Source: Lingula anatina
Taxonomy: Eukaryota > Animalia > Brachiopoda
Direction of reading: 5' to 3'
DNA length: 64,000 nucleotides
Assembly: GCA_051362555.1 (NCBI GenBank)
Contig: CM120649.1
Coordinates: 5,332,001 to 5,396,000 of the forward strand
Numbering within the stretch: position 1 is the stretch's first letter; each line of letters opens with the position of its first letter. Made by a program: the position numbers and the translations under genes. Of this stretch, positions 49,483 to 60,495 are shown one piece after another. The notes under the pieces were generated by a model, which ran no database searches, had not been told where the DNA came from, and was given only the letters and a program-made list of their open reading frames with translations.

Positions 49483-52400
49483 GTGCGTATCGGCTCGTTT
49501 TCTCTTTCTTTAATATTATATTATATATTTTTTATCTCTTTTGCTTTCATTATTTTATTGAGTATTTTTATTGTAATGATACGTGCAGCTTTGAAGTGCA
49601 ATTCAAAGAAAGCACATAAGCATTACATATTTTTGCAAAAGTTGCATAACACGGCGCATGCGTGAATGTGCTTTCGTCCATAGCTCCGACCGTGTGCGCA
49701 TTGGAGTGAAGATACATGCAAACAGACATTACATCTAGACCCACTGACGTCACTTCCAGGAAACGATTTCCATGTTAATGATGCCCCACGCATATGCAGG
49801 ACTAAAGCAAAGTATTTATCGCCTTGTTTTGCGCCATGCTAATGAAATTGTGGAATATTGAAACTGTAAATTTGTAACTCGTCTCCACATTCCTGACCCT
49901 TTTTTGTTGTCTGTCGGCAATGAAAAGTGACGGTGAATTTCGCAAACCATTTTCATTTCCTCTTTCATTTTGAATAGAAATTTCCGCTTCTTAAATGTTT
50001 GTTAGAAAGACGAGAATCATAACCTAGCGTGCCAAGCCGGGCTATTGCTCAATTTGTACCTACTAGCACGAATCCAGTTAGAGCAATTACGTCTCCCCCT
50101 CCAGCCCGCATATGATGAGGCTCGTGACTTGACTGTTTATTCTATATGATATTATCTCACTGAACATTATATAGCTTCGTTCACCCGTCTCTTTGTTCTT
50201 CAGCGCGTAAGTTGCCATTGTTACTCTCACGCATTAAAAACGATCATATAAACGCTACAGTTCATACCATTTTATAATAATTATAAGGATATAGCAAAAT
50301 ATGCTTACATTAAGTTAAACTGGAGTTAATGCTCAGAATGAACCAGCATTTCTGATAAAATAGACTCTTCCTTATTCCGATATCCTGGAATTTAGTCAGA
50401 AATAAGTTCTCTGAAATCATTGGATATTAATGGGTCTTGTCTTGGGTAATGTGTGACCGATGCCAGCGTGTTCGTGATTTGACCGTCCCGAGAAAGTCAG
50501 ATTGCAGTTTAAGGTATCATATCTGGGATGTTCGCACCAAATCTAATTTTCCCCTAGAAGAAGCAATTTTCTCCTGCTCTAAGCATTTAGACCGCCATTG
50601 TTTTCTTGACATTTCAAAAGTTTCGACATTTATTTGCGGTGTTATTGTCCAATTTTTTAGGCCTGAAGCGAGAAAGATAAGAAGCAGGATAGGGCCTATT
50701 CAGACAAAATGTGACTTGGCGAAATTTCAAATGCCTTAAAAGGCATCTTTATGTCTTGTTGTCACCACATTTCATCTTTATGGTAATTAATGCATCCTTA
50801 GTGTAGATTACGCTTCCTACCGCACGATCCTTCCCAAACGTCGTCCGAAGGATAGAAGAAATATAAGCAAATAAAGCTTGTGATGATGATAATGGGATGA
50901 AGAGATGGCAATAATTTTAACGTGATTAAAGTACAGTCGAAATTTAGATAATGACTTTTTCACCAACCGTTCTTAGCGGTAGTGCCTCGATCGCCTTTGT
51001 TTATTTTCCAGTAATACTGAATGTGTCTGCATCTCCATTAAGACGCGAACAGCGATAAAATATTTGGATTTCTTCGTTCTGAAACAATCGCGGCTTTTTT
51101 GAAAACAGTGTTGATTCTGCATGACAAAGTAGACGATCTTTACACGACGGCCTGATCACATGATATTGGAGTCACGCCACACCGGATGACGGTTGACGTA
51201 AAAGATCCAATAACACACCCTCTTCCTGTCAAACTTGTGCCATGACAAACGCTCCTCGCCCCGGGAGAACCAGTTAATCAGGTTACCTTTTGTGGCCGTG
51301 AAAACAGAATGCACACACGCTAAACTGGGACACCTTTTTTATTGAAGACATTGTTCAATGACCGATGAGAGTAGTTGCAGAAAGATGCACAGACTTGGTG
51401 AGCTGGATGCCGTGTCCGCCCTTGCTTCCGGCGCCAATTTCTTCTCACTTGACGGTATTACATGTACATAGTATTCTGTATGATCTGATACCCTGGAATT
51501 TTATCTCCCCTATTGAAGAGCAGTATCTTTAGTTTGTAACAGAGAATGTCACAACAAAGGTATGAGTGTAATAGCACGGGAGATGACTAAATCTGTATGA
51601 TTGGTTTTCTTTGCAGAGCGCAATATGTCATTTCATTTAGCTCGCGTGCGCGTGTATATCGACCACGTTTGCTCTCTCGCCACTGCTGTAAGTATAAGTA
51701 CTCGGAGCTGTTGCACACCTGTCACTTTCTTCGGCAAGTTAATTTTTATGGCACATAGACAAAGGTATTAAAAGGTCGCCGTTTTGAACAGACCCTTCAC
51801 GCGTGAAACGGCTTTGTGACCAGCAAGATGTGATTGTCATGTTTTGTGTTGTAGAGAGCGAGGAAAAAAATCTTAATGTTAAGTGTCCGGGATTCGTTTC
51901 ACGGCAGAACGATGCGGGTGAAAAGCAATAAAATCCAGTCTGACATCTAAGCGGATCATCACGCTGTGTTAGTTTTCACCAATATACCTCACTGGCAGCG
52001 ACGATATTTCGTGACAAGGACTTGCATCTTGTTCAAATCACCTTATGAATAACATGAAAAACACCTGCCCCCTTTCCCCCTTTCTTAAAAATAAGGTAAA
52101 TAAAATGAAATAAAATTACAAAAAAAGAATTAGGTAAGTGGATGAAGAAGGCTAGGACGAGGAAGCATAGATATAATGTCGTTGCACCAAGCATGTGACG
52201 TCATTGCAACGTCACAGCCAATTTGGACAAGGAAATAGTGCATCAGGCTCACAGTAAAATTTCATTTTTTTGACAAGGGCAGTTTTTTTCCAAAATTTCA
52301 CTTATATCTTGTGTTTGTTATCTTCCTAACGTTCAAAAACTACAATCCATAAGATTCGAAAAGAGGTGGTAATGACATATAACCCACCAACCATGTTTCC

Positions 52401-55044
52401 AAAATAGACTTATTGACAACATGCATGCTTTGAGAGTACCAATTATACATCATAGTGATTCACACATTTTACCTCAATATAAATAAATATGGATCATAAA
52501 GAGTAGCCGCAGTTGGGTTCGGATGAAGGGCAGAGGTTCCTGCTTCATTTGAATTTTCCCCAGAGTCATTTCACTGATAAAGTCGCCCGATGGGCGTGGT
52601 TCAACCCCCTCCTTTCCTACGGGCAAGTAGGTGGTTTTCTTTCGTCATTGTTCAACCTCCTGCAGGGAAATTCGTGTCACGGATTCTAAACCAGTGGTAT
52701 ATTAATGTGTATGTCCTTTGGTTTCAACCAAGTGATATTGCAGTTGACATGCAAAGCGAGAGATCGACACTGCTTAGCACGTTTTCGCCTTAGGTTGTAA
52801 TACGACGAGGAATGAATGTAAAGTTTCAAATTGAGAGGAGGGGAATAGAGGCTTACCATTTTTAGATTGACTCAGAACTTGTTGCTGCTTTTCATGTATC
52901 TTTAGATATTTGTCCATTCTAGTTTACCATTCTGTGGATTTCTATGGCTTTTCGTTGAAACGGTATTTGAAACAAGAAAGGTGCATACCCCCGTGTCTTT
53001 GTTTCAGTCAGGGACATTGCTGCTTGTCTTTATTCATTTAGAGTCCATTTATTTTTAACTGGGATGGGTTTTTTCTTAGAACGCCGAGTCACTGCTTGGT
53101 CAGGTACTCGTTGATGTGCTGGCAAAGAGGATGGGTTCGTTTTCGCAACGCTAAGTCATTTCCGTGGGAAGACCATTAAAAGATTAGGGGGGGGGGAGAC
53201 AATTAAAGGATTAGGTGGTCTTGCTTTCATGTAGGGTCCTCCATATTTGATCTGTGGACCATAAGGTCCGAGGATTATCTGCTCTGAATGCGACCAAAGT
53301 ATCGTAGTGACAAGTGCAAAGAATTAATTCACGTGGTCGCAGCGGGATCCTCTCACTTTGATTGGTATCGCATAATCTATCGTTCCAATAATTGCGCACA
53401 TCTGTGTTAACATAAAAGAAAAAAAAAACACAAATGTCAGATTGGTGAACCACAGACGCATTTCATGGAAATCGACCTTTACGAGCTCTGGGACAATTCA
53501 CAGACGCCAGAATTGCATGCGATAGTCACAGTGCATCCTTTGGTTCCGGGAAATCCGAACACGTGCCCTGTACCACCGATCTGTATAGTATTGGTGCGTA
53601 TGATGTATGCGACGATCATTGCGGCAAATTCTTTCCACGCACCTGTGGTGTTGCACTTCAACAAGAAAGGTCGCAAGCAAACTGAAGTGCCTGGTGCGAT
53701 TTCAGAATTAGCATGTTGATCGTCTTAAGCGATGGTGTGCCGTCCACTTGCGCTGATATTATTATTCACGTGCCCTTCGCAAGCATAACGAAGACTAGCC
53801 CGTTTTTCGGAGAAATTCGTTCTCAACTTTAAGTGATGCCAATTAGATAACGGAATGAGCTTGATTGCTTTAGATCACGTGGCTCCTTAAAAACAAGGAA
53901 CGAGTAAGTCGAGTTGAAAGATAAATAGTTATTTGAAAGCTAGAAATTCGACTGCTTGGGGGAACGAGTATCGATTTACCGTTTCACAACTGTTGTCTTG
54001 GCATTTGAATAAGTCATGTGACATTCACATATTTTCGTGTTAGTTCCAACGTCAGCTTTGACGAGTACGACTGCATGAAGAACACAGAACTAAGCGATCG
54101 AAGATTACCCTGACATGTTCTTTATTTTCCGTGATGCCAATCACGGCGTTATCTATTTATCTATTGTTCTTCAGTGCGGCCCCCATTTACGTACTACCTG
54201 CGTGATTCATGGAATTATAATCAGAACGTGCGCTTTCTTGTGGTCTTGAGTTCTAGTTTGTTCCCTTGATGTTGTTCGTCAATTCCAATTATCTGATTTG
54301 GTGTTTCATGTTTGCCCTTTGTTCTTCGCACGTTTTTCTCTGTCTTCGGAAAAATGATACTAGTAATGCAGGATGTATAGTCCCATGATGTCAGGACATG
54401 AAAAGAACCGTAACTGTGTGGAAAAAAAAAAGCCCACACAAAGTGCTTTTTGTTCACTGAACGCTACGGGTCCAAGTTAATACGTGACGAGAAGTGTTCA
54501 CAGGGTACGTAATTATTGTTGATTTCTTTCTAACCTGCAGGGTACTATAGTATAAAACAGCAAAAATTATGGGGCAAGTCCAAATTATACAATTATAATA
54601 CAAAATGTGCGCGTCAATGATATGACGTAAATGTTCACTTTTTGTTGCGTGAGCCGTATGACAGTGAGGGTGGCTTTATCGCACGATCAGCCAGGTTACT
54701 TTTTTTGGGCTTACCAAGTGATGACTCAACCTAACACGGTGTGTCTGCAAATTGTATTAATAAATAAGATAAGTTTGACACAAAGTAAACCAAAAATGTT
54801 CAGTTATCGACACCCCATCCCACAGCCCGGTCCCTCCATATTTGACATCTTTTCCTCTTTTGTTTGCCGAATATTACGGTTTTTATTATTGTAATTTCCT
54901 GGGACGCATTCTGTTCGTTATTATCAATCTGTGGTGGGGAGGTCGCCACTATTTTTTTTTTAACAGTGATAAGTTAAACCGTCCTAGCTGGACCAGAAAT
55001 GGCCCTTTAAAGTGAATCGGGTTTGTGAGGGTTGTACAGACACC

Positions 55045-55232
55045 GAGCGCATTCAGATAAGCGGACTAACAGATCCGCGGATCAAATATGGCGACCCACT
55101 AAAAAGCTGGCCCCCGCTTTATTCCCGATTAGACACTGAAGAGATTCCCCGCGGGAATTACGCAACATGCATTCAAGTGGGTGGGCCATATTTGATCCGC
55201 GGATCTGTTAGTCCGCTGTTCTGAATGGTTAT
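55045..55232. mobile_element. Family B MITE
   Basis: Arms GCGGACTAACAGATCCGCGGATCAAATATGGC / GCCATATTTGATCCGCGGATCTGTTAGTCCGC (perfect). Confidence 0.85.
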
Positions 55233-57844
55233 TGCATTATCGTAAACACCAAGCGCTCATCCTAAAAGTAAAATGAAAAATTAGGTATAGTCAAAAACAA
55301 TAACTACAATAATTTTGCTCTCTGGGGGGGATGCGAGTCTTACAGTGTGTTATGAAAGGCGGTTTCAGTGAGAGTAGAGTGTGAATAAGTAGAGTAACGC
55401 CTTGAGATAAAGTCTGGAAAGGTGAAATCGGAAATAGGTGAATAATTACCCTGATTTTTCTTGTTTGTTTTGACTTGCCAGCTCCTACGTAATAGATATT
55501 GCAGTAATAATATACGACCGGGTATTAATAAGTAATAAAGGCGTCTGACAGATGTATGCTTTTTATGCAGTTAATTGTGCCGGTAGAAGCCGCGCCTGCT
55601 ACGCTACGTGACTGCAATATGCGCTGTGGGCTAACAATATCACGACATCAATATCGCCAGAGTTTAGCTGTTTTGTGAAGGAACAAAAAAAACTGTAAAT
55701 ATATATGTAAGCGTCTACGAAATCAATAGTGCCTTTTTTTTTAAAATCGATTATTAATTTGCGTTCTTCCTGACCATTTGTTGTTTGATATTAGTAGCAA
55801 AAATCAAATTGATATGAATGTTATGTATATGAATTAAATATTAATTCAAATCAAATATTACACGCCAAAATAGTTTAAATCATTTAGTATCTTGGATGGC
55901 CTTAAAATCAAATGTTATTGAGAGATTAACTGGCATTGTACACGCAAGTGGGACAGCAAGAGATATAAATCATCGTGCTTGATTTAGGTCGGGTTCTCCA
56001 TTTCAACAATCACAATTTTTCAACGCCGCACATCAAATCGTATTAAATATCGTATACGCCGCCGATGTTGCAACCTTTGCCATCCAAAGAACATTCCCTT
56101 TGTATATCAATATATTGTGACGGGCCCACCGTCCATCCAGGCACGCAAGCATCGCAAGGGAATATTAAGACGCCGCTGCCTCGAGGGGCGTCCGGATGTC
56201 TAACCGATAAATGTTGCCCTTGCCTGGTTGGCAGGTTGCCGTGAATGACTGGCATTCCCTGAAATGTATTTGAGTAATTTTACACATTATTGTGTCAGGG
56301 CTTATAAACGGATTAGGCGTTTACTAGTACTATCCGCAGATCTTTTAACACTAACACCCATATTAACCACGTAACCCACAAATTAACCAGCACTACCAAA
56401 GCGGATGAATGTTTGTGCTAGGTATCGCTTTGTTGGTGCTAAATAATTAACCGTGCGTGTCGTCTGTTGTGTTTGTGACGTGGGAGTATTCATACCTGTT
56501 GGTAAATTTATCATAGGAATCGGGGTCAGCTATATAACTAGAACTCTTTTGTGAGCAACGCGAGGGAGGTAGACCTTGGGTTTCAGAGGTCACTGGAAAG
56601 TGATCAAAAGTCACATTTTAATAAGATAAGATAAAAGTTAATTTAACCAATGAAATATATAAAACATACAGTATTAGGAATTATTTGCTCTTTAAAAGCG
56701 TTGTTGTATTAAAGAAACAGTCACAGCTGTACGAATGAAAAAAAATTAAAAGAAACTGGCAGCGCTAGATACGGAATAAGCATGGTGATAGTAAGAAGGC
56801 GGGTACCTAGTGTGCTCGTACACTTGTGAAAGGTGATACTGGGTCGTGCTGGGGTTTGGGGTTGGGGGAGCAACGTTTTCCACCCGTTGATACGCATATC
56901 CGACCATTGAGCCTACGCTCAACCAGGCTTCTCCTAGCAGTTACAAATATGCATGAAAGGCATGCATACAATTTCGTTACAGCTAGAAGACCTCCAGTTG
57001 AGAGTAGATTAAATCGGGGATTACGTAGCGGTGGATGCAATTAGACAGCCGACTTCCTGTTATTTAGAAATCGTCTAAGTACGGTTTTAGCTAGCCTGGT
57101 GACGAGTGCCACAAAACCTGACCAGCGTATAAGTACGGTCCGTCCGTGTAGCCGTCATGGGGCTAAGGTTGGGGCTAAGGTTGGTCTCTTTGTGTTCTGA
57201 TAATTATGTAAGTAGTGATAAACGGTAACTTGGGGGCGATTAAACCATGTATTTCATTACCATGATATGATACAGCAAGGAAGATGATTAAACACGTTAT
57301 CTAACGATTTCCAGTCACAGAGATCGATCTTAGCGCCGCTTTGTGGGCGTGTCTGGACAGCCAGTTCTGCGATGGTAATTGCAATAAATTTGCCTGGGTT
57401 TTCACATAGAAGTGATGAGACTAGATGTCTCGCTGTTCACGTGTTGAAACACTCACCCCCCGCCAACAGTCGTGGAATATTGGAGAAAACAGCGCGCTGT
57501 TTTACCCGCCTCTGAAGTGTTAATCCAAGGGGAAATATTGATTCCGTTCATTTTGGAGGCATTTTAAGTCGCTTATTCACACTCACGTTTTTAGATCTTT
57601 TTAGCGGCGCTGCTTGTATAGGATTCTTTTCCGTGAAGTCTTAAGACGTCAAGCATCTGCACCGAGCTAAATGTCAGCCCCGTCGAGAGGGAATGTAAGA
57701 AAGCGAATGTCATTTTCTGAGAATCAGTCTGAGAATTTAGTCCTTGTATCAGTGTTTAAATAGCAATGTCTGTGTGAAAGTCAGTCAGTAGTTAAATAGT
57801 GTCAGTGGCAGTGGCCGCTGCTTGTCAACCAGGGCCTTGATATT

Positions 57845-58460
57845 AATGCCAGTGTCAGTCTATAATGTCAGTGACTATATTCCAGTGTCAGTTTGTAATG
57901 TCAGTGACTACATGCCAGTGTTATTTTCTGATGTCAGTAACTAAATGCCACTGTCAGTTTCTAATGTCAGTGACTACATGCCAGTGTCATTTTCTGATGT
58001 CACTGACTACATGCCAGTGCCAATTTTGACGTGAATGTCGTCAGTGTCTTGACAATAGTTTTAATGACTAGCCTAGGTCACAGTGCCTTGTCGAAATGTT
58101 TGCATACCAATGTCTATTTCAGTGAGTGAATGCTTGAATTTTGTGTTGGTGTCTACATCTTAGTGTCAGTATCATTGGCTTAATATCAGTATCTGCATGC
58201 CAGTGTCAGTAATGGTGAACAAATGTCAGTATCATCAGTATCTACATTCCAGTGTCAGTGTCGGTGAAACAAACGTCAGTATCTGCATTCCACTGTCGGT
58301 ATCAGTGAGCAAACGTCGGTATCGGACGTCAGTGTCTGTATTCCATTATAAAATTCGGTGAGTAAAAGTCAGTGACTAATGCCAGTGGCTAAGTACAATA
58401 GTCAGTATCAGTGTCTTTACGTCAATGACATCCTTCGAATGTCAGGATCAGTGGATAAGC
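57845..58460. repeat. Minisatellite: about 5-6 copies of a 33-bp unit (57845-58030), then degenerate TGTCAGT-rich repeats
   Basis: Unit approximately AATGTCAGTGACTACATGCCAGTGTCAGTTTCT. Confidence 0.85.
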
Positions 58461-59019
58461 GTCATTATCCGCATTCTACTAACAGTACCAGCGGGTAAAC
58501 GTCAAGTGCCCATGTCAATGTCTCACACTAGTGTTATTATCAATCGTCCTTGTCTTATATCCGTATCTGCACCTTGATTTCTGTATCCGTGCCTGGATAT
58601 CCGGGCCTGTCAGTGCGAGTGTGTGTCACGAGGTCTTTTTATGTAATGACAATTGTCTATGTCCGCGTGAGTGCTTAATGTCCGTGTGAGAATGTCATTG
58701 CCATTATATAAGTGACTCAAAATATATTTGTTTGCGAGTGTGTTTTCACGTTCATATTTGTGAACACGTGTGTGCATGTGTTAATAAACATAAATCACTT
58801 TTCACCTTCCACCATCTCGTTTTTCGGGCTACATAGACATGAACGTGGGTAAAAATAATGCAAAAGGAAGGGCTGCATTTACTCTGTCTAAATATAGCAA
58901 TCATACTTGCTGAATTATGACGCGGGTTGAAAAATACAACTGTTCTAGATCTTTATGAGCCTTTGGTCTACCCTTACGCCCCGCTTACCTGAATAGCGAA
59001 CATATCTGTATGCGCCTTA

Positions 59020-59243
59020 GACTGGGTTCTCATAAACCTGTCGTACAAGAAGGATCGATCTACCTTGGAGGGGATTGTCGAAAAATTGCATTCAGTTTAA
59101 GCGGCTTAAATGTCTGTCACGTGCACTGAAGCTGCTAGGGAGGTAATTAACTTTAGTGCACGCTTGATCTAAATGAAATTTGGCGAGAAACCCTTCGGAC
59201 ATAGATCGATCCTTCTAGTACGATAGGGTATGGGAATGCTCCC
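59020..59243. mobile_element. Family A MITE with TTA target-site duplication
   Basis: TTA|GACTGGGTTCTCATA...TATGGGAATGCTCCC|TTA; arms TCGTAC.AGAAGGATCGATCTA. Confidence 0.85.
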
Positions 59244-60311
59244 TTAAATTCGAGGCGGAAGTCGTAGGTCCGGAGGGGAACAGGTTGCTTGTTGCCATTA
59301 AAACGGCGTGGAACAACGCTGAGAACTGCTTTTGGAGGCATAAAGTTTAATAATTATGAATAACAATAAACAGCGGAGGTTGTCGGGGTTATATGCTCGG
59401 AACGTCGGCACAGTTTGACGTTTTCTTAATTTTCCTGGGTAAAATAAAACAAATAGGTGTAATCCATAGCTGGTGATATTTCTGAAATTGCTTTTCGAGA
59501 CAATTAAGCGTTCTACAGATAAATGTTCGATTTATGTCATTAAATATATGTATTGCAGGCAGCTCAGCATGCTGGCGACGGAACCCGTATTATACGGTAT
59601 ACTAACATTACAGTGTTAGTATACCGTATACTAACATTACAGTGTTTGAAATGACGCGTCAGCGATCAACCTCAATGGGGAAACAGCCTTGACTTTGTAA
59701 AAAGTTGAGCGAAATTTCTCGGAATTGGGAGGAGATGTATGAAAAATAACGGCAGGCAAATAAGTGCGACGGCAACGAATAAAAGCAGACAGGATTATCT
59801 ATAAGGGTGCTTTTTTCTGGTTTTCTTTTAAATTCATATAACATAGTCTATTGTTCAACAGTACGAAATCACCAGGTTTGAAGGGACTCTTTTATACTGC
59901 TTATAAAGACGACATTCCTGGCACATACAGTTTCACCCTTATCGCTCAAATGTTAATCCCACCTCACGCGGATTCTCACACGATTTCTATTCTCGTTTAA
60001 AATCATGCAGTGGCGATAGTCTCGCGTGGTTCCAATATTACCTTTCAAGCTCAACTTAATCCGACGATTCTCAGAGAAGACGACCCGAGGTTTTATCCAG
60101 TAGGATGGCCATGCGCCCTTATACTTTCATATAAAATTTTGCAGTCTCGTAATGTAAGAAGAGGAAAGACGAAAACCAAATACAAAATTTAATAATGATA
60201 ATAATAATAATAATAATAATAATAGTAACGAAGTAAATATAAATATAAGCATGGCGTTCTTGACTCTAAGTGTTAATAATTACGAGGTGAAGGTCATTTT
60301 GTTATCGTCGG

Positions 60312-60495
60312 TGTGACAGAAATGGTACTTCGATAGGAACCGTTGTCCGTACTTTGTACAGGTGCCCTATACTAACATGTTCGTCCCATGTATATAATAT
60401 ACTAACCCCAATACTCCGACTAACCTTAACCTGTACCTTTATCACATCACATGGGACCCTGGACGTCCATTCCTAGGACTACCACTGCTGTCTCA
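60312..60495. mobile_element. Ginger1-like MITE, inverse orientation to the 39649 copy
   Basis: TCGG|TGTGACAGAAATGGTACT...CCTAGGACTACCACTGCTGTCTCA; internal CTTTGTACAGG and AACCCCAATACTCCGAC. Confidence 0.75.

Noticed and set aside
49483-49665. Hydrophobic C-terminal 'TM helix' of the 242-aa ORF
   Set aside because: Read-through into T-rich intron sequence after a GT donor.
53465-53719. Short ORFs at 53465-53719, 47063-47384 and 56043-56255
   Set aside because: No recognisable homology or consistent splice context; expected by chance in GC-richer DNA.
57845-58030. 33-bp (11-codon) minisatellite as a repetitive protein (NVSDYMPVSVS)
   Set aside because: In-frame TAA at about 57942, stops in all minus-strand frames of the unit checked, and no splice signals.
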